A DNA stretch of 64,000 bases from Candidatus Latescibacterota bacterium (GTDB lineage Bacteria > Latescibacterota > UBA2968 > UBA8231): positions 5,792,001 to 5,856,000 of the forward strand of contig OZ242214.1 of assembly GCA_965206595.1 (NCBI GenBank), given 5' to 3'. The notes beneath the pieces are model-generated. The model did not search any database, was not told where the DNA came from, and was given only the letters and a program-made list of their open reading frames with translations. A program made the position numbers and the translations under genes. Positions 45,112 through 56,694 of the stretch are shown here, in pieces. Every line of letters starts with the position of its first letter. Positions within the stretch are counted from its first letter, which is position 1.

Positions 45112-46107
45112 TCAGTCCTTGTCGTTTGGTAGGGAATTCCCGTTACGAAGGTCTATTTCCAGGGAGGCCTTGATGCGTGCCCAGGAAGTGGATTGCACGG
45201 CAGAGTCGCCGAAATCCTCGTCGAGGCCGAGCAGCAGACCATCGACGAATATATCGGCGCGATCGAGATCCGCATCATCTCCGCGGTTTATCAGCTCGTA
45301 ATAAGCAGCCGGGCCAACGACGGGTTCGACGTCATAGTCACTGACACCCAAATTGAACCCGATTGTTTTTCCCGCGGCCAGTTCGGATACCACACTGTTT
45401 TCGGGATTCAGGTGATCCAGAAGATCGAAGCAGGTGACGTAGAATTCGGTCACCCAGATGGTGGGGTTCTCGCTGAACACGCCCCCTCCACCCCGGGCGA
45501 AGGGGGGCTGCACCATCCAGTCCACCGCGATCTCACCGAAAGTGAGCGCGCCAACTGATGTATAAAACAAAACGACCCTCGGACCCCCGCTAGGGGCGAT
45601 AGCAATACTCTCGTAATGCTGGGCTTGCCTGTTCGTCTGTACAGCCTCCTCGAGCTCGTGCGTCTGGCCCCAGTAATACTTCCCCCCGGTGTGATCACCG
45701 TCCACCATGAGAATCACGCTGTCATGGAAACTGGGTAAAAAGTAGGGGTCATTCAGAGGATCGTATTCGTTCACGTACACATCGTCCACGAACTGTCCGG
45801 CGACATGGATTCTGCCGTCCGGACTCCATCCCAGCCAGATGCGGAAATCGAGGCTGGCTGGATCGTGCTGGTCGTAGGAAATGTCAAATCCCGACAACAG
45901 GTTGAAGTCCAGGGGGGTCAGCGTCGGTTCACCCAGGGCGTCCACCCAGTCTTCCACGACTCCGTCGTCCTGATCGAGAAGGGCGAGGGTCTCTTCCGAT
46001 AAATAGCGGATCGGAAACACCCGGTCGCCGTTGTGGGCGGCTACCGGGGCAAGACCAGCCGACACAACTGCCAGCGTCAGAAGAAATAAGGGACCGCGGT
46101 ATACCAT
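45112..46107 (-). CDS. CBM9/DOMON-like secreted protein (paralogue E)
   Basis: Signal peptide ending VAA-HNG; DGVVEDW, DFRIWLGW, VDGDHTGG, GKTIGF..V.DYD, SAVQSTSWARIKASL. Confidence 0.85.
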   Translation of the reverse strand: MVYRGPLFLLTLAVVSAGLAPVAAHNGDRVFPIRYLSEETLALLDQDDGVVEDWVDALGEPTLTPLDFNLLSGFDISYDQHDPASLDFRIWLGWSPDGRIHVAGQFVDDVYVNEYDPLNDPYFLPSFHDSVILMVDGDHTGGKYYWGQTHELEEAVQTNRQAQHYESIAIAPSGGPRVVLFYTSVGALTFGEIAVDWMVQPPFARGGGGVFSENPTIWVTEFYVTCFDLLDHLNPENSVVSELAAGKTIGFNLGVSDYDVEPVVGPAAYYELINRGDDADLDRADIFVDGLLLGLDEDFGDSAVQSTSWARIKASLEIDLRNGNSLPNDKD

Positions 46108-47390
46108 GATGTCCTCAAAAGTGATTCTGGACTGCGGCAATGCTAAAGAAACGGAGGCCCTGCAACTTCCTTCATCTGCGTGGGTGCTATGGCGGAGCGG
46201 CCGCCATGACACGGCGGAACGGTTCAGTCGTTTTCGGGAATTAAATGTTGGTTTCGAAAGTCTGTTTCCAGGGAGGCCTTTATGCGGGCCCAGGAAGTGG
46301 ATTGAACCGCAGAGTTGGCGAAATCATCGTCGGGGCCGAGCAGCAGACCATCAGTAAAGTTGTCGGCACCCTTCCCCCAAATTCCGAGATTTTCGTCAAC
46401 AAGCCTGTAAGAAGCATATCGACTCGAGTTGGGGTCGTCACGATCAACGACCCCAATGTCTAACCCAATGATCCTGCCCGGGTCAAACTGAGATACGACC
46501 CCTCCCTCGGGGCTCAGATGATTCATGCGGTCAAAACAGGTCACGAAGAACTCGACCACCCAGTTGGTGGGATTCTCGCCAAAAACGCTCCCTCCAACTG
46601 AGGCGAAGGGTGGCTGCGTTATCCACTCAACATTGGCATCTTCCTCATAGGCATGGAATAATTGAATTAATGGTAGCCCGCTAGGTGCGCGGGAGATTGC
46701 GCGGTAATTTTGGGCTTGCATGGGACTAGGACCAGAGAGGTATTCACCCCCGGTATGGTCTCCGTCGACCCGTAAAGTGATGCTGTCTACGTTGCCGTGT
46801 TCGGTCTCGTATACGTCGTCGGCGAACTGGCCAGCGAAATGGATTCTGCCGTCGCTGCTCCATCCCACCCAGATACGAAAATTGAGGTTGGATGGATCGA
46901 ATTGGCCGTACGAGGTGTTTGTCCGCTCCGAGCCCAGTGTGAAATCCAGGGGCGTCAGCGTCGGTTCACCGACTACATCAACCCAGTCTTCCACATGGGC
47001 GTCGTTCCGATCGAGGAGAGCAAGGGTTTCCTCGGAGAGATACACGATCGGAAACAGACGGTCTCCTTGATGAGCGGCAAGGGGTCCGGCCGGAGCCGAA
47101 ATCACTACAAGCGTCAAAAGAAACAAGGAACCGCGGTATGCCATGATGCCCTCAAAAGCGATTCCGGACTGCGGTAATACAAAAGAAACGGAGGCCCTGC
47201 AACTTCCTTCATCTGCGTTGGTGCTATGGCGGAGCGGCCGCAATGACCCGGCGGAACGGTTCAGTCGTTTTCGGGGATTAAATGTTGGTTGCGAAAGTCT
47301 ATTTCCAGGGATGCCTTTATGCGGGCCCAGGAAGTGGACTGCACCGCAGAGTCGCCGAAATCATCGTCGGGGCCGAGCAGCAAACCATCC
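46100..47390. repeat. ~245-bp direct repeat (gene 3' end + intergenic spacer + next RBS)
   Basis: 46100-46345 is highly similar to 47140-47390. Confidence 0.88.
46224..47144 (-). CDS. CBM9/DOMON-like secreted protein (paralogue D)
   Basis: Same motifs and C-terminal SAVQSTSWARIKASL. Confidence 0.85.
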   Translation of the reverse strand: MAYRGSLFLLTLVVISAPAGPLAAHQGDRLFPIVYLSEETLALLDRNDAHVEDWVDVVGEPTLTPLDFTLGSERTNTSYGQFDPSNLNFRIWVGWSSDGRIHFAGQFADDVYETEHGNVDSITLRVDGDHTGGEYLSGPSPMQAQNYRAISRAPSGLPLIQLFHAYEEDANVEWITQPPFASVGGSVFGENPTNWVVEFFVTCFDRMNHLSPEGGVVSQFDPGRIIGLDIGVVDRDDPNSSRYASYRLVDENLGIWGKGADNFTDGLLLGPDDDFANSAVQSTSWARIKASLETDFRNQHLIPEND

Positions 47391-48246
47391 ACCATATAAT
47401 CGGCGCCTACCGCGTCTTCCTCGGCATCTTCCGGATCTCCCAGCCAGTACAACGCACGTGGCCCCCCCGGTTCGGCGTCGTAGTCCCGGACATACAGATC
47501 GAACCCGATGATTTTTCCTTCGGCCAACCGGGAAACCACACTTTCCTCCGGGTTCAGGTGATCCAGCCGGTCGAAGCAGGTGACGTAGATTTCGGTCACC
47601 CAGATGGTGGGGTTTTCCCCGAACACGCCTCCTCCTCCCCGGGCGAATGGGGGGTGCACCATCCAGTCGACCGGCTGATCGATCTCATCGAAACCATCTG
47701 TACCATCCGTAGTTCCAAGCAAACTGATCGTCGGACCGCCGCTGGGGGCGATGGCAATATTTCCGTAATTCTGGGCTTGCCTGTTCGTCTTCAAAGCCTC
47801 CTCGAGCTCACCGTGCGAGGCTATCCATGAAAACTGACCACCGGTATGATCTCCATCGACCAGAAGTGCCATGCCGTCATGGACCCATGGAAACGAGTAG
47901 AGGCCCCCCAGAGGGTCGTATTCGTTCACGTACATCCGGCGACGTGGATTCTGCCGTCCGGACTCCATCCCAGCCAGATGCGGAAATCGAGGCTGGCTGG
48001 ATCGTGCTGGTCGTAGGAAATGTCAAATCCCGACCACAGGTTGAAGTCCAGGGGGGTCAGCGTCGGTTCACCCAGGGCGTCCACCCAGTCTTCCACGACT
48101 CCGTCGTCCTGATCGAGAAGGGCCAGGGTCTCTTCGGATAAATAGCTGATCGGAAACGCCCGATCGCCGTTGTGGGCGGCTGCCGGGGCAAGACCTGCCG
48201 ACACCACTGCCAGCGTCAGAAGAAATAAGGAACCGCGGTATGCCAT
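47261..48246 (-). pseudogene. CBM9/DOMON-like secreted protein (paralogue C), frameshifted by a 16-nt deletion
   Basis: Relative to paralogue E, cagttcgtggacgatg is missing after HVAG (~47935). Confidence 0.85.
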
Positions 48247-48597
48247 GATGTCCTCCAGCGCTCAATTCCGGTTCGAAGCAAAGGACGCGAAGCGCAGCTG
48301 TCGTTGCCCGTCGTATGCGGGTGCAGCATGCAGTTACAGAGAGGGCAGGTCAAGCAGCATCCGGGGTTCTGGCAACGGACCGGGAAGTGTCCCTGAATTC
48401 GGGAGCGGGAACTTGGCGGCACCCGCTTTCTAGATACCCCTTGCCCCTGTTAGCCCCGCAGAAGGCCGGCGTCGGGCCAGTCCGCCCGGCTGATTCGGCC
48501 CGCAACCTCGCGGCCTGGACGGGTGCGCGTTCCGTTTTGCCAACCTGACCTGCCTGCGGATATTATGCCCCGCACCCAGAAGACAGGAGAGTTTTCG

Positions 48598-50565
<1,968 letters not shown>

Positions 50566-50574
50566 CGCCCCCTG

Positions 50575-51603
50575 ATGCAGCAGCAGTCCCGCGGACCGCT
50601 GGGGATCGCCGCGCTCCGGGAGGAGGAGACGCACCAGGCCTGCACCTGGGACCGCGGGGTGCGCAAGAAGCTGCCCGTCGACCGGGGCAGCACGGTCACC
50701 CTGGCCGAGGTGGCCGGCTGCGGGTACATCGCCCAGCTCTGGCTGACCTTCCCCGGCTGGTTCTGGCGCAACTGGGAGCCGCAGGCGCCGATCAGCGCGA
50801 CCATCCTGAAAACCCTGCTGCTACGCATTTACTGGGACGGGAGCGACCGTCCCGCGGTCGAGGTTCCGGTCGGCGACTTCTTCGGATGCGGCCTGTGCGA
50901 GGTGGCCAACTTCACCTCCCGCTACATCGGCATGTCGAGCGGGGGGTTCTACAGCCGCTTTCCCATGCCGTTCCGCAGCGGCTTCCGCATCGAGGTCGAG
51001 AACCGCGACGAGCATGTCGACACGCAGGTGTACGCCAACATCCTGTATCAGCTGACCGACCGGCTGCCCGGGGACCTCGCCTGGTTTCACGGCCACTTCC
51101 GCACCGGCGAGAACGCGGGGGCGGACCCGATGGTGGTTGCCGAAGCACAGGGCCGAGGTCATTTCGCCGGCTGCACCCTGTCGATGCAGGCGCGGGACCG
51201 CAACTACCTCGGCTTCCTCGAGGCTCCCGAGCAGGTCTTCATCGACGACGACTGGGAGCGGCCGCGCCTCGCCGGCACCGGGCTGGAGGATTACTTCATG
51301 GGGGGGTGGTACTTCCGGGAAGGGGTGTTCGCCGGCGACCTGCACGGCTTGCCCGTGAAGGACGCCCTAAACTCGATGACGGCGATGTACCGGATCCACG
51401 AGAGCGACGCCATCCACTTCCGGCGCCGCTTCCGCATCGAGTTCACCAATCCGTTTCCAGGGGAAGCGAGGCCGTTCCGCCATTCGTCGGCCGCCTTCCT
51501 GTACCTGGCGAACCCCCGCGGCCAGGGCAACCCGGTGCCGGATGCCGAGCGGCTGCTGTGCTGGTACCGGGTACGGGACCGCGACCACCAGAGCATCCCC
51601 TAG
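50575..51603 (+). CDS. DUF2961 / GH172-like glycoside hydrolase
   Basis: LRIYWDG..PAVEVPVGDFFG, FPMPF, GTGLEDYF.GGWYF, YRIH..D.I.F. Confidence 0.9.
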   Translation: MQQQSRGPLGIAALREEETHQACTWDRGVRKKLPVDRGSTVTLAEVAGCGYIAQLWLTFPGWFWRNWEPQAPISATILKTLLLRIYWDGSDRPAVEVPVGDFFGCGLCEVANFTSRYIGMSSGGFYSRFPMPFRSGFRIEVENRDEHVDTQVYANILYQLTDRLPGDLAWFHGHFRTGENAGADPMVVAEAQGRGHFAGCTLSMQARDRNYLGFLEAPEQVFIDDDWERPRLAGTGLEDYFMGGWYFREGVFAGDLHGLPVKDALNSMTAMYRIHESDAIHFRRRFRIEFTNPFPGEARPFRHSSAAFLYLANPRGQGNPVPDAERLLCWYRVRDRDHQSIP

Positions 51604-51655
51604 CAGGATTGGTCGAGGTTCCGGCGCTCGCCTGAGGCGGGGGCCTCTTCCCGTC

Positions 51656-53707
51656 TTACCTGACCAGATTGATCCGGACGGCACCGGTGATGGTATTGCG
51701 CACTTGCAGGCGCACGATGTACAGTCCGCTGGCAAGCGTTCCTCCGAAAGTATCCCCACCTTCCAACGTTACTTCATGCATTCCCGCCGGAAGGTGGCTT
51801 GCGTCCAAAACCGCCACTAGCTGTCCCAAAAGATTGTAAACCTTCAAAAGTTTAGTCGCGCGGGCGTCCCGTTCATGGACGAAAAGGCGGATTTTCGTCC
51901 ATGAATTGAAGGGATTAGGGTAGTTGCCGAGGATGGCGGAGGCGGAGAGGGAATCCTCTTTCCCATTTAATTCTACAACAGAAGCAAAACCATCCTCATC
52001 TCCACTGTATTCATCTTCCTCTGCCTCCGCTACGTACGCTGTATAACGGCTGCGAATATTGTACGAAAGGCTCAGTTCGATCACCTGGTCTTTGAGTTCC
52101 CGGGTCTCGCCGTACACCTCGATCTGGCGCTCGAGCGCATCGATGAACTCCTTGGCCCACAGCTTCTCGATGGAAGGAAATTCCCTTTCGTCGCTGAAAT
52201 CCAAAGTGAAATCGAAGGTCACCAGACCTTCGGAGGAAAAACCTGCGAGACTGAAACTGGACGGGCCCGGTATTCTGTACCGGCCGGTGGTGAAAAAATA
52301 CGACCCCGAGTATGTGTCCGGGATTTTACGAGGGAGGATCTCGTACAGGTCCGCTCTTCCATACTCCATTACTGTATTCTTCAGGATGGGATTGCTGATG
52401 CGCTCGAATACACCCACCATGGCCTCCTCGAGACCGGAATCCCCGTCGAGATAGGTCACAAACCCGTAGTTCAATGCCGCGGTCATCTCCAACCGTGCCC
52501 GGTCCAGGTCGGTGCCGATGCCGATGGGGAAGATGCCGGCTCGATGCTCGTTCAATTTTTCGATCTCCCGCGGATCGAGGGGAGAGCGTCCGTCGGTGAA
52601 GACCAGGATGGCGTTGCTGAAATCTTCGCTGGAGATCTGGAGGAGACACTCCTTCAAGCCCTGGTCCAGACGCGAGCCGGCGGCTGTCTCTATCGCCATC
52701 AGGAAGTCCACCGCTGCGGCAACGTTGGCCCGGTCGGCGGCGACCGGGACCGGCTTCAACGACGACACCTCGTTGTTGAACAGGAGGATGTTGAAGCGGT
52801 CTTCGGGGCCGAGTTGCTCCAGGGATCTTGAAATCGCCCGGATGCTCTGATCCAACTTGGTACCGAACATGCGGTTGGAATTGGAAAGGAGGAAGAGCAC
52901 CTGCCTGGGCAGCACACTTCCTTCAACGGGGTGGTTCTCGGGCCGCAAAAAAAGGGCGAAGTGGCCGTCTGAAGTGGCGTTCGCCGCCGAGTAGAAATCG
53001 ACGCCTAGAGCGTCCTGTTCGACGGTGTAGAAGAACTCGAGGTCGCGGTTCGGATAACTCTTCGGCCCGGAGAACTCGATCTCGAGATCCCTCTTTCCTG
53101 AGTAAACCGTTCGGTACTCCGGATGCGTGGGCAGACCGTAATCCACGATATCGGAGTTCGAGCTCACGGTGAAGTTGAACTGCAAATGATCCAATGGCCG
53201 TTTTACGAAGTCCCTTGTATCCAATGGGTAGCGGTAACGGCATTGGCCGTTTCTGTAGTTGCAAAGTCCGATGTAGGTCAGTTGCACGCGCTGGATCTCT
53301 TGCGGCGCGATCCCCTCGATCCTGATGCGAATCCCGTTGCGGCCTAGATAGCGGTTCACGAGAGCAGCTGCCCCGCCTTCGCCGGTTCCCGGGTTCACCG
53401 CCTGGTCACGCACCCTGAGCACAGCCTCGAGCACCTCGCCGTCCCGCCAATACAGAACTTCCGTAGCCCTTGCGTCCGGTGGCAGTGGGAAGGAGTAAAC
53501 CGCGTCGGTTTCGCTGTGCCACTCGTTGACGAACTCCTGGTAGACCGAGGTGACGGCGACAACCCCGTGCATCTCTACTTCGACATGCGTTATCCGGTTG
53601 CGCAGGAAGTCATGCGGATAGTCCTGCTCCACAGGGAGCATCAACCCGTCGGCGCCGGCCAGCGAGGCCGCAAGGGCGACGGGCATGGCCGCAAAGAGTC
53701 TCGACAT
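51656..53707 (-). CDS. Secreted VIT + VWA protein with T9SS-like tail
   Basis: AVYSFPLP VIT, VFTDG, IEKLWA, GNYPNPFNS..LASGLY; first MIDAS motif degenerate (LSNSNRM). Confidence 0.88.
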   Translation of the reverse strand: MSRLFAAMPVALAASLAGADGLMLPVEQDYPHDFLRNRITHVEVEMHGVVAVTSVYQEFVNEWHSETDAVYSFPLPPDARATEVLYWRDGEVLEAVLRVRDQAVNPGTGEGGAAALVNRYLGRNGIRIRIEGIAPQEIQRVQLTYIGLCNYRNGQCRYRYPLDTRDFVKRPLDHLQFNFTVSSNSDIVDYGLPTHPEYRTVYSGKRDLEIEFSGPKSYPNRDLEFFYTVEQDALGVDFYSAANATSDGHFALFLRPENHPVEGSVLPRQVLFLLSNSNRMFGTKLDQSIRAISRSLEQLGPEDRFNILLFNNEVSSLKPVPVAADRANVAAAVDFLMAIETAAGSRLDQGLKECLLQISSEDFSNAILVFTDGRSPLDPREIEKLNEHRAGIFPIGIGTDLDRARLEMTAALNYGFVTYLDGDSGLEEAMVGVFERISNPILKNTVMEYGRADLYEILPRKIPDTYSGSYFFTTGRYRIPGPSSFSLAGFSSEGLVTFDFTLDFSDEREFPSIEKLWAKEFIDALERQIEVYGETRELKDQVIELSLSYNIRSRYTAYVAEAEEDEYSGDEDGFASVVELNGKEDSLSASAILGNYPNPFNSWTKIRLFVHERDARATKLLKVYNLLGQLVAVLDASHLPAGMHEVTLEGGDTFGGTLASGLYIVRLQVRNTITGAVRINLVR

Positions 53708-53718
53708 TTGGGACTGGC

Positions 53719-56040
53719 CTATTTCAGGTAGAGGATGCGCGCCGTCTCGACCCGGACTTCCCCATCGGAGCCGACGAGTGACAATCGCACCAGGTACGGG
53801 CCTGTTGCGACAGTGCCGCGGGCGTTCCAGACGATCCTTTGTGAAGCTGTGCCCCGCAGACGGTACTGGGCCACCTCCTGACCCAGGAGGTTGTAGATGT
53901 GGAGTGCGCCACCGGTGTAGTCCCCGATATCGATGAGGAAGTTCACCTCGGAGTTGAACGGATTGGGGAAGAAACTCAGGGGTTTCGCCGTCGTTCCTGG
54001 AGACGGAGTCAGGTAGCTCAGTACTGCGATACCTCCGAGTCCGGCGTGCCGGATTTTCAGCTCGATCCGGTTTTCGTCGCCGTCCACTGCCGGTGAGCGG
54101 TAGTTGACGACAAACTTGCCGAAGACTTCAAAGCGGGAAATGTCCAGCAGGATGTCCCGGAAATTGCCGTATATGTCAAAATCGCGGCCACCGGTCGCTA
54201 CCGTGAAGGGCTCGTAGAAGGCCGAACGAAAAAAAGCGGGGCCGACGGAATGCACCGTGATCTCGTTGGCGAGAAGAGCGTCAATTACCTCGCTTCGGAC
54301 GAGAGGGGTCACGGAGTTCCTCTCGTGGTAGTCGGCATCAGTGATCCAGATGACCACGCGGCTGGCCTCCGGCCGGAACGGGAATCCAGCCGCTTCCATC
54401 AGTGCCTCGAGAGAATTTTCTGGTTGGTCGTCGCCGCCGTGGGCGAACTGATCGCCGACCAGAGACCGAAAAGCTTGAACGTCGCGGGTGAATGGATAGA
54501 CGTTCTCGATGGCGTCCAGGAACGTCACCATACCCAGACGGAAGTCGATCCCCCGATAGCTGAGGCTGTCGGCGAATTCGACGATGTGGTTCTTTACTCC
54601 GTTGATCTCGTCTGCCATGCTACCGGTCACGTCGAGAGCAAAGACGATGTCGGCCGCATCGACGCCGGAGGAGCGGTCTTTCTTCAGGGTGAACTCCCGC
54701 AGGCGCTGGTCGTTCTCGAACAGGAACAGGTTTTCCGGCGCCAGCCTCGTGATGAGGCGATCATCCGCCTCTTCCCTGACTTCGAAGGTCAGCCCCACTT
54801 CCGGGTAGTGGCTCAGATCGAGGCTATCCACCCGTACGACCAGGCCGGTGTCGGCTACCGGGGTCGCCGGAAGGAAAAAGTTGCGGCGCAGTTCGTCGAG
54901 GATCTCACCCCCCTCCGTGACTACAACGCCAACGTCGAAAATTCCATCCTCGTAAACCAGATTGGAACGCATGTCGAGCCGATGGTAGACCGGTTGTGCG
55001 TCGAGAGAGAGCGAGCGCTCGGACGGGACGGCGTCCAGCACCGTCGGCAGGTCGAGAGAGACCGTGGCGTTGACCTGTCGTCCGCTGTCGTTGACGATTT
55101 CCAGATAGCTTGTGAAATCGCGCGGAAACATCAGGTTGTCGGTCAGGACAAAAGAGGATGGCAGGTCCCAGCGCATAAAGACCGGTGTGTTGAAATCCGG
55201 GGGCCGGAGGTCCATAGCCATCCGGTACAGGCGGGTTTCACCCGGGGCTAGTTGCGTTTCTCCCCAGTACATCTTCAAAGCGAGATCGTAAAGCCGTTCT
55301 TCTGTTGCAGGTTGGTCTTCCGGCGCGTCCGTTCCGTGGAGGTTTGCCCAGTTTCCGGCGACGACGAGGTCCGGGGCCGGGTCCGGGAAAGAAAGGTCCA
55401 CTCCCAATCCCCTGGCGGCGCGATCGCGTTCCCACACAGTCAACCCCGCGGATAGATCGGGGGAGCGGAGACGGGCTCCGTGGCGCAGAGATCCGTTGCC
55501 GAGCGTCAGGTGTCCGTCCCCCCAACGGCCCAGCGCCGGATCGAGAGCAACGCCGACCCTGCAGGTGTGAGACACGTCGTCCAAATTGCCTATCTCGGCC
55601 TGGAGCAGGGCGCCGCGGTCCTCGTCGAGAGCCACGGTAAAGGTCACCATAACATCGCCCTCGGACCGCGCCTGGATCCGCAGCGTGTCTCCCGACTGCT
55701 CCGGGGTCAACGCATCGTTGCCGAAGTAATCCTCCAGCCGGTACCAGTTTCCATCGACGGAAAAAACCAGATGAGATGTCTTGGCATAGGGATGGCCGTA
55801 GGTAATGGCACAGCGGTCATCCAGGGGCGATTCCGAAAGGCCTGCGGCGGTACCCAGGGTGAAGTATCCCCCTGGCAGCATGGATGCTTCCATCCGGTCG
55901 TTGCGAATGTCGGCATAGTCAGGAGCACTGGCCTGGCCGGACGCTTTCGCGGCCCCGAAAATCAGGTCTAATGACGATTTGTCCTGCGCGATGGCTGGCA
56001 GCGCCAGGCATATTGCCGAAAGCGTGACAGCTTTTTTCAT
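53719..56040 (-). CDS. Secreted VWA-domain protein with T9SS-like tail
   Basis: Signal peptide, DVTGSM MIDAS, GGDD.PE, WITDA, FPNPFNS..ATGPY. Confidence 0.88.
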   Translation of the reverse strand: MKKAVTLSAICLALPAIAQDKSSLDLIFGAAKASGQASAPDYADIRNDRMEASMLPGGYFTLGTAAGLSESPLDDRCAITYGHPYAKTSHLVFSVDGNWYRLEDYFGNDALTPEQSGDTLRIQARSEGDVMVTFTVALDEDRGALLQAEIGNLDDVSHTCRVGVALDPALGRWGDGHLTLGNGSLRHGARLRSPDLSAGLTVWERDRAARGLGVDLSFPDPAPDLVVAGNWANLHGTDAPEDQPATEERLYDLALKMYWGETQLAPGETRLYRMAMDLRPPDFNTPVFMRWDLPSSFVLTDNLMFPRDFTSYLEIVNDSGRQVNATVSLDLPTVLDAVPSERSLSLDAQPVYHRLDMRSNLVYEDGIFDVGVVVTEGGEILDELRRNFFLPATPVADTGLVVRVDSLDLSHYPEVGLTFEVREEADDRLITRLAPENLFLFENDQRLREFTLKKDRSSGVDAADIVFALDVTGSMADEINGVKNHIVEFADSLSYRGIDFRLGMVTFLDAIENVYPFTRDVQAFRSLVGDQFAHGGDDQPENSLEALMEAAGFPFRPEASRVVIWITDADYHERNSVTPLVRSEVIDALLANEITVHSVGPAFFRSAFYEPFTVATGGRDFDIYGNFRDILLDISRFEVFGKFVVNYRSPAVDGDENRIELKIRHAGLGGIAVLSYLTPSPGTTAKPLSFFPNPFNSEVNFLIDIGDYTGGALHIYNLLGQEVAQYRLRGTASQRIVWNARGTVATGPYLVRLSLVGSDGEVRVETARILYLK

Positions 56041-56139
56041 GGCACTCCCTTTCAGACCTTGGCAGAGGATGCGAACGCCAGGTCCGGGTTCGACTAACGG
56101 CCGCCGAATCACGATACTCCAAATTGTCGCCAGTACCAA

Positions 56140-56315
56140 AACCCGCGCGCACCATGCCGGTGGTGCTCGCCTCGGCCCAGGGAGGGATGGGTCAGTGGGC
56201 GTGGCCGCGCATCGCCGCGGTCTACGCGCTCGTGGTGACCCCGGGGATCCTCGCCTTCGCCGCGGCGCAGAGGCTGTTTTTCAGGGGGCTGATGGAAGGG
56301 GCGCTGAAGGCGTGA
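56140..56315 (+). pseudogene. C-terminal remnant of a carbohydrate ABC permease
   Basis: RTMPVVL...AQRLFFRGLMEGALKA resembles the MalG-type C-terminus (compare 34241-35089); no 5' part present. Confidence 0.75.
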
Positions 56316-56331
56316 ACGGCCGGCAGCGGGA

Positions 56332-56694
56332 CTAGATTTCGACGAAGACGCGGCCGTCCCGGAGGTACGCCGGGTAGGAGCGCACGCGCTCCCTGCCGGG
56401 ATCGGTGAGGGAGCGGCCGCTGGCGAGGTCGAATTCCCAGCCGTGCCAGGGGCAGCGGACGATCTCTCCCTGGCGGCCGTAGCGGATCTCCTCGCCCGGC
56501 TTGCAGGGCATCGCCGTGCCGGTCAGCACTCCGTCCGACAGGCGGGCGCCGCGGTGGGAGCAGATGTCGCGCAGGGCGAAGACGCGCTCCCCGTCGCGCA
56601 CGACCACGAGGGCGCGGCCGCCGACCTCGACCCGCTTCAGCGCCCCTGGCTCGAAGTCGCCGGCGGCGCCGACGTCAACCGCGGTGGAGGTCAT
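56332..56694 (-). CDS. Rieske [2Fe-2S] ferredoxin
   Basis: CSHRGA and CPWHGW motifs. Confidence 0.95.
   Translation of the reverse strand: MTSTAVDVGAAGDFEPGALKRVEVGGRALVVVRDGERVFALRDICSHRGARLSDGVLTGTAMPCKPGEEIRYGRQGEIVRCPWHGWEFDLASGRSLTDPGRERVRSYPAYLRDGRVFVEI

Noticed and set aside
45112-48246. Diversity-generating retroelement or integron explanation for the array
   Set aside because: Differences between repeats are not adenine-specific, and there is no reverse transcriptase, integrase or attC-like site in the window.
56078-56105. tRNA 3' fragment (ccgggttcgact) at the VWA block edge
   Set aside because: The T-stem pairs only 3 of 5 and there is no acceptor stem or CCA.
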